Below are positions 24,276 through 36,500 of a DNA stretch of 64,000 nucleotides, piece by piece. The stretch lies in the NCBI GenBank assembly GCA_047495785.1, contig JBLDXI010000066.1:620001-684000 (forward strand). The letters are read 5' to 3'. The position numbers were made by a program, and so were the translations under genes. The first letter of the stretch is position 1. Every line of letters begins with the position of its first letter. A model generated the notes under the pieces. That model had not been told where the DNA came from. It did no database searches and was given only the letters and a program-made list of their open reading frames with translations. Origin of the DNA: Lepidodermella squamata. Its lineage: Eukaryota > Animalia > Gastrotricha.

Positions 24276-24742
24276 CATGAGCGTGTCTGTGCTAACGAAG
24301 TGAAAAACTCGACAAATCGCCCTCTGGCGGAATGGTCGTTAATAAACAGCAGCCTTTGTGCTGCATGGCGCTCTTCAATCAGCCGTCCATGTTACGTAGC
24401 ACCAATCAAACTTGTGAACTCCATCCGCTATCGTCAGGGTGCGATCCGCGAGCTCCCAGGGATGGAAAAAAAAATTTTGCTGTTTTTGCCAAAATGACGA
24501 GTCATTTCGACGAGTCCCCCCTGAAAGTCGCACACTGGCTATCGTCCTCCAGTAGCTCGCGTCTATCCAGGTAACCATCAAATCGATCAAGTATAGCAGA
24601 CATCAAAACCTTCAAATGCCGATGATTGTTTGGAAAAGCGACATGATAGACCGGGTGTCGGCGCTGAAGTCACTGACAACACTTCCCACCATCAGGAGAT
24701 GGCTTATCCCAGCGAATGACAGCGTGATTCCACCGAAAACCA
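24276..24742 (-). pseudogene. Duplicated, internally deleted 3' fragment of the polycystin-like gene
   Basis: 24276-24590 resembles 30516-30720 (last exon) and about 24610-24742 resembles about 31066-31195. The intervening part is missing. Confidence 0.8.
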
Positions 24743-24789
24743 CAGAGTCAGAGTCCCGAGGAAAAAGAAATCGCACATTGAGGTTTAAA

Positions 24790-24979
24790 TATCGTTAGCG
24801 ACGTTTAATAGCGATTTGGGCTTGTTTACGTCAGTTTAAAGGTGAACTGTGGCAAGTGAAAAGTCATTTGTTTTTGCTTTTTTATTCAAGTAAAAAACAG
24901 CGCTTTTTACTTGTCACCGGTACCTTGAAAATGACGCAAATAAGCCTAAATCCGAGTTATTCAACGTCGCTAACGATAT
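24790..24979. mobile_element. Imperfect foldback / MITE-like hairpin
   Basis: ATATCGTTAGCGACGTTTAATA pairs with TATTCAACGTCGCTAACGATAT, with further imperfect pairing inward. Confidence 0.5.
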
Positions 24980-25774
24980 CACTAGCATTCTTGAAGGATA
25001 AGTTTCAAAAAGTTTGAGGCTATTTGAGGCTCACGACTATTTTCACCTTTTGAATAAATGCATTCAATTTAGTGTGCAAATTTCATAATTAGCGATAACA
25101 GGCGAGTGTCCGATCTATTACATCATCTGCTAGTAAAACAACAGGCGCCTGCTAAGCGGGCGCCAATGTATACTCACGGTGAAATTTCTCAAATTTCGGA
25201 TCACTGGTAACCGCGTCGACTGCACTGAGGGGTTCTAAATTCTCAACTAAAGACAAGTCCCTGAGGTTAACACACGTAAGAATCGTCGTCAACATGGTCG
25301 ATTTGATAAGGAAGCCCAAATCAAAATGTGGATTTATGAAAAGGTTAGCATATCTGATTCATGCATGAACAAGAACTCTTGTAACATGGATAATTAGTCC
25401 ACTGGGTTACTCCTCGAATGGTGATGGGTTACTTAAAAACTTAAACTTAAACTTAAACGTTATTGACGTGCAATTATCATATGCATGATTTGCATGATTC
25501 CGTTCCCCGCGACCTGAAGACCAAAAGTTCGCGAATGAACGCCCTCTAATTAGACCGATCACGAGTGGTCTCTTCAATTTTGTCACAATTCAGACATTTT
25601 TCAATGTAGACGCTTAAAAGATTCTGTTAATTTTCGAGATTTTTTGCGTGCAGTAAGCTCTAAGCACTACATTAATCCCATCCTACCCTTGGCTTTCCCC
25701 TTGCCCAACTTTCTCTGCCACTCATGGATCGGGTGTCGTTCATTCTAAGAAAGAAAGAAAGAGACGTAGTCGGT

Positions 25775-25990
25775 TATGTTCTGTTTGAGCTGAGATGGGT
25801 TCTATGCCCGCGCAAATTTACCTCATGTCTTCGTTTCCGACTTCGTCCATGATTGTGACGTTGGCTATAGCCCTAGGCCACCTCATCTGTACCACCCACA
25901 GCCGCATTTGGTGGGCTACGGTTGCATTCCAGTTTTCACAGGCGTAGAGGAATGTCGGAGTCATTACTTCTCGTTTCACCTTCATTTTAT
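25775..25990 (-). mobile_element. Non-LTR retrotransposon (RTE-like) ORF remnant
   Basis: Translates to KMKVKREVMTPTFLYACENWNATVAHQMRLWVVQMRWPRAIANVTIMDEVGNEDMR*. This matches the post-RT 'PxLLYGxExW...MRxLRxI...DxxxNExIR' segment. Confidence 0.65.
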
Positions 25991-26283
25991 AAATACTACT
26001 TTTTATAAATGTATTTAATGCCCCAGCTTTTACACGACCCGGCTTTTTGCACCCATTCTGCTATTTCCAGAGTGCAATTACCGTCAGAGCTAATTATGAA
26101 TGACTCATGGCAAAAGCTTGGGGTTGTCTAGACGAGGAAAAACTGCTGAGCCTTAATCAGGAGAACAACAAAGAAACACTTCCTTTGTGATTTTCGAACG
26201 TTCATTTCGGAGAACAAAACGAAGTCGTTATTGGCAAGCCATGTAAATACTGTTAACTATCAAGCTTGCGTCTCTACCATAGT

Positions 26284-27139
26284 CAGGGTATTCGGTTTAA
26301 ACTCAAACCAGTTTCTACCAGTTTACACCGGTGCCGGTAAAAACCGGTTTTTTCTCAATTACAATAAAAACCGCGGTTTTAATTAAACAGACTAATCCGA
26401 CGGTTAGATAGTAAGACATCACCAGGAATATGTCGTCCTAGCTGAAAGTGTTGGCACAAAGTTCAGCTACAAGACCAGGAGTTGCGTTAGTTATGATAAT
26501 CAGCTATGAATCTAAGCGTGAAGGATCATTTGAAAAGTAAGATTCGGCCAAATTCGAACAAAATCAATCATTCACTGTATAATCGATAATCCATTTTTGA
26601 TAACAGATACTCCCAGTGTAAAAACAGATGCGCTCAGCGTGTTCAGCGCCTCAGATTACCCCTAGAACTCAAATATCTCTACATAATTCGCAAATCTAAC
26701 GAAAATATCGGAAAATCAAAATTCACTTCCGGTTTTTCAATTGTTGAGCAGAAAATTGTAAAAAAAGTTTTTTCAAAAGAATCGGCAAAACCGCGTCTTT
26801 TGATCGCAAAATCCCCCTCAGGAACTCAATCCCGTTTTCAGAATTTTATTACTTTTAGCTGTTTTTTATTACTTTATTGCTTTATTGCTTTATTGCATTC
26901 AATCGAATTTTCATGAAAATAGTCGAGTAACACATCAAACTATGCAGTTTTTTGCGTAGATTAACGTGGTGTACTCGAAAATTCAATGGAAGCTAAGGCA
27001 TTTGAGTTGTTTGACTCTCCTTTGGTCAGATCCTTTGATTATTGAAATTCATTAAAAACCGGTGTTTATTAGCGGTATAAATCGGTTTAAACTGGTGGGC
27101 GGTTTTTTCAGAATAAAAACCGGTCGGTATAATACCCTG
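26284..27139. mobile_element. Non-autonomous hAT element
   Basis: CAGGGTATT / AATACCCTG termini, subterminal AAACCG/ACCGG repeats, 8-bp TSD ACCATAGT. Absent from the paralogous region near 20140-20170. Confidence 0.85.
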
Positions 27140-27260
27140 ACCATAGTCCTATTCTATCATAGGGCACACTTAAAATTAACAAAAGTTACCGCATTATCAC
27201 TATGTCAAATTACGAAAAACAATATTCACGCTGATATATGTTGCGTAGCCTGCGGTGCTA

Positions 27261-29827
27261 TTACAGATTTCCATCGTAGGTTTCTTCAACCATTAAGTAG
27301 GACGCTCCGCCAAGGGTAGCCGAGTAAATCTTGTTGAAAGATCCCCAATTGTTAACTGTGTCGACCTTTCCCAATGTAAGTCCTATTGTAACAGCCCCAG
27401 CTGGTATCGGACCGCGACAAATGCCCTCCACTATTCCAAATTTGGATGAATTTCCGAATTGAATACTGAATTTAAGCATACTTACCGACATTCGGCATAG
27501 CTCGGCACAATCCGTAAGCCGGTCCGTTAAAGTACCACCAGGACTCGATGCGCTGTGGGCTCGTGCAATCAGCTCCATTGATCGTGATGTAGAAGCGCGT
27601 CCCCTCAGGATTGTTATTTCCATTCGTGCACATTTCTTGCATTCCGTACCATTTCACGTGGAGGGACGACGCGTTTTGAAGTTTGTTATATGTCCTCGTC
27701 TGGAAAATCATAAAACGTCAAACGCTAAGTGAAATTAAGGATGAGAGATTGTCTTATTTCTAATTTCAAATTATGCAGAATTGGGTCCGAAAAATGGGAC
27801 ACGCTCTCTAGTTCACAAACTCGAAAGCACCCACCGTGATAGGGTTCAAACAGGCTGCGCCAGCCTGAGCTCTGCAGCCTTCTGTAATAGAATAATATCG
27901 CCGGTTGAAGTAGGGCAGAAGCAGGGCACTTCCATCATTGAGTAAAACTAAACAAGGACAATGTAATAATTTGACATGCCTTTACTTATTACTTTTTAGA
28001 CTTACAGACGTTGATGGGTAGATTTTCGTGAATTTCTTCGACTATCATCCCGGATGGCTTCGTTCTCCCGATATCGATGCTACCCCCAGTACCTCCATCT
28101 GTATAGTAGGAGCAATAGTGGTCCCACCACAGCCGGATGTCGTACTTCCCAGCTGGCAAATTGCGACACACCCCATCAACTAGATAGAAATGAAAAGGAA
28201 TCTCGGCTGTGAATTAAAAAAAAACCAACGTTCGATTGTGTAGCCGGATGGCCCAACTCGGCTCGTTCCAGTTCCGTACGTCAATTCCTTATAGACAGTT
28301 TCGATAGAGTAAGGGTCAGTGCAAAGTCGGTCGTTGATTGTGAAGTAAAATCGTATGCAGCGGTCGTAAAGGTTCAGAAGAACTGTCGCTTGCCAGTAAA
28401 TTCGCAGCAACGAAGTATCAGATCGTTTTTTGTACTTCCAAATTGACTGTGAGGGAGAAACTTTGAAATAATGTTTAAATTTCGAATAAGTAATAAGCCA
28501 ACCCAGTCAGTCGTGCCACCAAAAAGCCATCCATTAAAATTCGAAGCTTTCCATTGCTTAGAAACTGTATTAAAGACCTAGGGAATATTTCGAGAATATC
28601 AAACTAAGGACAGTAGGGAACACTCACAGTCGCGCTCTGGCACCTAGCCGTGTCATCTGTCGAAAATGCATTTTAAAACAATAATTTCGACTGAATCTTC
28701 GAACCTAATTTGAAGAAATAGTCTGAAGGTATGTACTCCTCGACCCAGATGAAGTTGGGAGACGAAACGCCAGACACAGTCACGCCGATATCGGCACCGT
28801 TGCCTCTGCTCATGCCGAAGTTACGATAATCGTAATAGAAATTTATTTGATAAGTTCCAGCTGGAAAGTCTGTGAGCGTGCATGGGAATTCAGCGTGCAA
28901 TGACTTGCCGAAAGTATCGCTGTTATGCGCGTCGTAGAATTCGCTTTGTAGGACCCAGAAGATGCTGTCATCCCCAGCGCAGTTGATACCGTTAACAGTA
29001 GCGTAGATGTAGCTGTCGCGTAAGGGGCAGCAGCCGTTGTTTAAATTAAGGTTATTCCAAGCCCCGATTGATATATGGATGCGGAAATGCGTGAAATCAT
29101 GCTTTTTTGTTACGGACATTGTCTGGGAAAAATATGAAATTATTCAAAAAATCTCGATTGGAATCAATACTCACCCAAAGTTGAAATGGATAGGCGCTCG
29201 CAGATCGGGGCGAAAATGTGGCCTTGTTTTGTATGACCGTGACTCGCCTCGGGACATCAAAGCACGAAGCCATTTCACCTATAACAACGCGTGAAATAAT
29301 TCATCACTAAACTCAGAAATGTCTGGTCCCTCACCAGCGCAGTAAGATTCGTTGTCTGGACAGTCTTGTAGGCAAACTGGGGAGATGGCATCGGCTGAGG
29401 GCTGGCTGATGGCCGGACAAAAATTGTCGCAGCCATCAATCCCCGTGGTTCGGTCCGACACACCGTCACCTATCGTTTGTGGAGCGATTAGAATTCCCGA
29501 GGTTACATCCTCGCGATCGCGATCGAACCCCATCGCTGTGTCCTTATCTGCCCTGAGAAGCCAGCACTCCATGCTGCTGGGTACGTAAAAAGCCGTGCGA
29601 CAAGGTGGTGACGAGGTCGCAAGGCATCGCGTTTCGCATTGTTCCTGATTCGTGACGTTTCGACTCGCGCCTCTTATCACGTAGAGGTTCCAAGCTAAAT
29701 CGGATGTATCAACGTTCAGCGTGACATCTTGGGCGTGGAAGTAATTCGAGCACTTCCCTCTGAATATGAATTCAGCGGAAACATTGGAGGCAATCGTTAG
29801 TATCAAAATTGCAAAGACTTTTGCCAT
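27261..29827 (-). CDS. Secreted PAN/apple + 3x CTHRC1-C-like protein, copy F (closest to E)
   Basis: MAKVFAILILTIASNVSAEF; same exon series; ends VEETYDGNL*. Confidence 0.8.
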
Positions 29828-30515
29828 TTTTCAGCGGCTCGTTTCGGCGTCTCTCGTCTTTCACAGTAAGTGTGAACACAAAATGCCCGCGTCTCACCTG
29901 TTTTTTGTCCAGGCATGGGTGTGACTTTTCACTCTTAAGGTGCCGATATTTACCTTATCGAACTTGCCATTTTTGTTGCGTGTTCGAAACAATGGTAGGC
30001 AAGGCGACGTATTACTGCGACGAATTCTGATAGTGCGTGAAATTATTTGCGGATCATGAATTATGAATCATGAATTGATGCCCATCCATTCGTATAGAAA
30101 TGTAAATTATTAATTGGCCACAAGTCGAAAATATGTTATCTAAGTATAGAAAGATAAAGCTTACGATAGTTCTAACGAACATTACTATCGTAAGGGGTTC
30201 TAACTTGGGACAAAACAGGTTTCAAACTTTGGTCTGAAAAATTTGTAAAACTGTGAATCTGAATTTTGCGAGTCCGAATTATTGGGACAATTCTTCTAGA
30301 CCTTCGCTCATGTGAGGCTTAAAGAATTAAGAATTAAGAAGCATTAGGTATTAAGAAGTAAATCGATGGTTCGGAAAATTAGTCCGGTCGGACAATTCCG
30401 TTTTATTTTCAAAATGTGGCACGCTCTTAGTCCTTTAAAAAAATTAGTGTTAAAGCGATACAAAAGTCTTGACAGTCCCAAGCAAGCAATCAATAGCCAC
30501 CATTTTTTATTATTT

Positions 30516-33500
30516 TCATATGCGTGCCTGTGCTAGCGAGGTGAAAAATTCGACAAAACGCCCTCTGGCGGAATGGTCGTTAATAAACTGCTGTCTCTGT
30601 GCTGCATGGCGCTCTTCAATCAACTCAGCCGTCCATGTCACGTAGCACCTATCCACCTTATGAACTCTATCATCCTCTTGCTCGCGTCTGTCCAGGTAAC
30701 CATCCAATCGATCGAGCATAGCAAGGACTGTTCAAACAAAAACCCTCAAAAAGCAATGAATAGGGCATAAAAAATAACTTACCATCTGCGAAACTCTCCC
30801 CAGTTGGTTTGAACTGAGGTTCAACAATGTCGCTTTTCGGTTTCTCCTCTTTCGCCTTCGAGCCACTGAACATCTCAGAAAAGCCATCCTCGATAAAGCC
30901 GGCCAGTTCATAGTCCCAATCCGTTTCTTCCTCGATATTGTCAACAACCCTCGAGTAAGCTCCCATAATTATCATAATGAAAATGTTGCAGCCAATGAAA
31001 GCAACCGCCATGCCGTAGAACAGCATTGTAACCATGAAACTCGGCGATTTCAGTAAATCTTTGAAGTTGAAAATGCCGATGATTGTTTGGAGAAGTGACA
31101 TGATAGACCGAGTGTAGGTGCTGAAGTCACGGACAGCATTTCCCATCAGGAGATGGCTTATCCCGGCGAAAGAGAGCGTGATTCCACCGAAAACAACGAC
31201 AAACGTCAACAAATCCCATTTACCTTTGGTCAGAGTTCCAAGGAAGATCGCCCAATACTTATTCGAGGTGAGATAGCGGAAAAAGCACATTAGGACCAAG
31301 AAGAACTCAATACCGAACAAGCAAAATAGCAGATCCTCCAAAACAGCCAAGAAATCGAGGCTGGTATAGACTGTTCGCATAGTTTGAATCTTCGTCAAGA
31401 ATCCGATGATTATGTAAATTCTAACCGCGAATAGGACAACTAAACCGATTGATAGCAGAGACTGGGTTACATCGAGTAAATTCCAGCCGTTAGTCCAGAA
31501 ATTTCGGCAACCCTGTTTGAACATTTGGTAAATCAAGCGAACGACATGGCTGATGACAAGAAGCACCCAAAGACCTTGAATAATGAAAACAAGCAGAGAA
31601 CCGACCCCGGAATACATGTAAAGCTGAAGGGGGAACATTTTCAGGTGATAAGTCATACCACCAGCACTCAAAGCCTCGAAAACAATTTTCGTTTGGATGA
31701 AAATGTTAGTTTGAGGATTGAATAAGTTGAAATCAACAAAGAAAACATTTGTCGCATTGTCGAGCCAACGGTTTTTGACCAAGTTACTCACAACAGTTCT
31801 GGCATTTTTCAATTTTCGAGGTAAATCGAGGTAGTAACCCCCGCTACCATATGAGGCTTCATTCCCAAGGTAAAAAAGATCATCTGTATCTCGATAGACC
31901 CAGGGTGATGAGAAAACAGTTAGATTAGCTCGCTTGAAGAAGTTCGATGGTGAGGCTAGTTGGTACCAACTTGAGTTGAAGTCTCGATTTTCAGATGAAA
32001 CAGCCCTTTCGAAGATATCTACGAACAAATCTTGACAGGGAACATCCATGTCATCGTAGGATAGCAAGGCCTTCGTAATAGATTCCTCCCACCATGGGGC
32101 AATTTTCTTACTCAAAAGGCAAGACACTGAATAAATAGAAAATCCAGCTTAAAGTTGCGTCAAACTTCAACAAAACTTACCAGGCCTCACACGTTGCTGC
32201 CGTAGTCGAATTGGTCCTAGAAGTACGACGTTAGGATTTGGGATTGAATACAGATGTTGGGGCGTGCTGAATATTCCGCCGAATTCCAATTGGTTTCCAT
32301 TTAAAAGAGCTGGCAAGATAGTTCCATTCAGCCATGAAAAGGCTTGGTTGTAGTCCGTTACTGTCCCCCTGACTTCATCAACTCCGTCCAGCTTGAATTT
32401 GTCCCTAAGGACCTGAATTTGTTTGTAAGAGTAGATGTTGGTGATAGAGGCCACTGTAGCTGCGAATACTATGACGTAAGCTGTGTGGTGGATTATCGAG
32501 ATTAGGACACTCCTAAGCTTTCCGAACAGCTCAACTTTTCGTTTGTTGTTTTCTACAAAAGCATTTGTGGAAAAGGAGAGTAAAGTAAGCCTTCTTACTT
32601 GGATTGTAAGTCATTCTCCCCAAATCCATCCCGTCATCAGGCAAACTAAGAGCAGTAGCATTAACCAAGGCTTTCAAAGCAACTTTGATAGGTTGGATAA
32701 GGATGATGTCTTGAATTATGCTAAGAATCATCCCTGAGAGCCATTGAAGCGATTTGTCTCTGCCCCATTGCAAGCTGTAGAGGGTACAGAAAAACGCCGA
32801 GGAAGCAACAGCTGCAGCAACAACTAAGTTCAAAAAATGAGAAATGAGGTCAGGAATTACTGAGAAATTACTCAGCCAGGCTACGATGATGAAGCCGAAG
32901 GGTAATTGAATTCTCTTGGTAGTAGCCATGCTAAGAGCTGATTCATCCGAGCCCAATACCATAGAATTGTCATTGATACTGCCCTGCTTCGTTACATTGA
33001 AAATCGTCGTGTATTCGCTGTCCTCTCCAGATTTTCGGCGAATTCGTTTGAAAATGAATGCGATCGCAGTGATGGGCGGTAAGACCATGACACAGCCAAC
33101 AAAACTGACCCAAAGCGTGAAGGACGATATCCGGAAAATATTACCGATTTTCAACCCAATCTTAGGCGAAGTCGATTCTTTCCCGTAAAACATCGCATTT
33201 ACCAACATCATCATGAATAAAGCCGAGACTACACAAGCAAGACGCTCCACCCTCGTCCAGTTACTGGGCAAAGGCCGCTGAGCGATTGAGAACCAAGGAT
33301 GGCTGTCAGTTATACTCGTCTTCGAATGGCCGCTGATAAGATAGGTGAAGTTTTTCAAGTCGTCCTCAGTCGCTAGACTCGCCTTTTTCATTTGACCAGC
33401 GTTTAAGCCATGTTTAACCAGGTAAATGTACTTTTGGCCGTTGGTAACATCTACAATGATCACACGGTCGAAATGGATGTGAGCTGACTTCCCGTGTAGA

Positions 33501-36500
33501 CCAGGCCGCTTGCTTTCTAATGAAATCGCTATAGCATCGATCCGACCCAGGTTGAACTTGGTAGTCAGAGTAAAATTAGCAGGGTATCGGCCATTGAACA
33601 AGTTCTGGGAAAATAACCTTGGAATCTCAAATTTAGGAATTATGAAGCTCACATTTCGAATTCCGTCATCCATTAGTCGCCACGAGCTATCGCAGACCGA
33701 GCCGAACATTCTCAACGAAACCAGAGGTTCAAGGCCGTAATTCCGAACATTGTTGTAGTGAAACGAGACCAGATACTTGAATTTGTCATCATGGTTTGCA
33801 CTCGAAGTGATCGGCAGATAGGCCCAGTTTTGCAGGTCGGCTCTATCAGCTCGATGGGCAAAGACTATCCCAATCAAGAAAGCTACTATTGCGAGGCATT
33901 CGAATACGAGAACAGCCGCATTTTCAGAGACCAAACTCGCGAAGTTCGCGAAAATTGCCGAGAAATTGATCGTATTAGGCGCAACGACTAGATCAGCCCC
34001 GAAATCGCCGAAATATGACGAAGTGAACGAAACCTTAGATTCGTCTGATTCTGGCTCCAACTCGAATTCGTTTGAATTAAGATCGTCCGCAGATCGCTTC
34101 GTCCTTGCATCGCCTTTAGCTGGACCAATGCGGAAATGATAGCCGGTTACTTTTTGGATTTGACAAGCCTCAGCTGGTAACTCATCAGCTGGGTAGGCAG
34201 AAAAGTCTCGCTTTGCGAAAACGTAAAGGTTCAGCGGTTTTCCAATGTTCCCAATCCTCTGATTGAACTTCAAAATAGCTAAGGAAGGTATCGCTACCTT
34301 CAAATCCTCGTTGTAACTAATTTTCACTGAGGAAATAGTGTTGTTCTGGGTTGAATTCGTCCATTGATCTGTTACGAAGATGCGCCAGTGGAATCTTAAG
34401 GTGGTCGGGGTGTTGTTGAAGGACAAATACGCCGTGTAGTTGAATTTACTCCTAGGAATTACAACCACGAAATCGCCGGCATCTTCCTTCAAAGTGAACG
34501 TGACTAGCGTTCCCAAAGAACCCGCGTTATCGTTAGGATCGCAGGAAACCTTGACAGGATCTTCACATTGAGAATCTTTCTTCATATCAGATAAAGAGTT
34601 CGCTCTTTTCGCCGATGGTTTCGACGTGATTTTGATTCGGTAACGGCCACTTAGTGGCATTTCGGCCTCTTCGGGGCAATAAATCCTAACAGCTATTGTT
34701 GGCATGTTGAACGGCTTATCAACATCCAGAACATTAACTGTATAGGCACTGAGCTGAAATAAAATCTCGAAAATAACAGAAAATTATAAGGAAACTTCCA
34801 GCTTACAACAACTGAAACAGGCAAATCCAAGGCCAAAACCGAGCAAATAAGCGGCAAAGGACCAAAAAGTGTAACGGGGTTCGAAATCGAAGGGAAGGAA
34901 ACATCGGCGAAACTAGTTGACAGAGTAAGATTCGATAAGTCCTTCACGTACACGTTGAAAACAGTCGCGCTGTAAAATTCGCCGTCGAATGACATGTTCA
35001 TGCCGGGCTTCAAGATGTTGCGAAAGCTGTCAAACATCGCCGAAGTCATCGACGTGAATGAATCGAACATTTTTTGAGTTTTCGCCTTATCGACCACAGT
35101 TGGCATGGTTGATGCTTGAATTTCAGCTTTCAGGGCTTCATTTTGGGGCTTGCAGATCTTTTTCACCGGTTTCGTGGTTGTAGTGGTCGGATCCGGGGAT
35201 TCGGTAGTCGAGGTTGTACTGATGAGCTTTTTGGGAGTATCTTCACTGGTCATAGCCGACATCATAGAGTCTGCTGAGGCCGAATATTCTGAAAATTTCA
35301 TGTTAGAGTTGAACCTAAGAGGTACAGGCTGAGCTTACTATTTGCGACATTCGAGAATTTCTCGGGAGTCATATCAGACATATTCCCAAGTCGCCCTATA
35401 ACACTGCCCAGGGTATCGAGAAGTCCAGTCTTAAAATATTAAGGTGGATTATGAGAAGAAATATTGATCCCGATTTCTACGTACAACAGCTTCTGGATCT
35501 GCATTCTCTGCCGCTGAAGAAGTCATGTTGGCCAAAACGTTGTTCACATTGTCTAAATTCGCCATTAAGGCTCCGTCAGACATTGTTGATAAATCATCGG
35601 CAGTAAACGTGCTGGTCGAATTTTCTGAAGCAAAGCTGAGATACCAAAATATTGAAGTAGAATGACAAATTATACCGCATTGATTTCCTCTGAATCCGAA
35701 AGCGCATTCACATTTATTTGGGGCGACACATGTTGCGTTGTTCAAGCACGGAAGGTCGCAAATCGGTGTTTTACATCTCTGACCAGTCCACTGTTTCGGG
35801 CAGCTGCAAAATCCAGGGCTTGAACAAGTCCCACCGTTCTTACATTTCGGATGGCAAACAGCTAAGAGAAAACTTATGAGTAACATCTCCATATAGAGGA
35901 ATTTACGTACGAATTTCACAAAAGTCCCCAGTCCATGCCGTTTCATTGCAAGTACAGGTGTCGACCTCCGAGCACCACCCTCCATTCAGGCAAGGAGTTT
36001 GACATACAGGAATGTCTGGAAATCGCAATTTAGCTACACGGTTAGGCGTTCCCGATCATAAACCTACGGCATTGAGTTCCAGTGTACCCCTCGACGCATT
36101 TGCAAGTGTTCGGGCCGATGCAAGTTCCATTGTTGAGGCATTTGTGGTCGCAAATTGGTCGATCACATTGCGGACCAGTCCAATGGTCATCACACGTGCA
36201 AAAATGAGGCGAAGTACAATTACCATTAATACATCTCTCGGAACAAATTGCTGGGGAAAAATTAGGACTATTTTCTCAAAGTATGACTATAATTTATTGG
36301 CTTACGAATTTCGCAGGTATCTCCAGACCAATCTGCTGCATTGCATTTACATTGATTTGGGTCGATACATTGACCGCCATTCTGGCACACCGGGCTGCAG
36401 ATAGGTATCTCGCAGTTTTCACCAGTCCATCGTTCTGAGCAGGAGCACCTAGCTGGAGCCGTGCAATTGCCCTCAATTCCACAACCGTTTTCACAAATCG

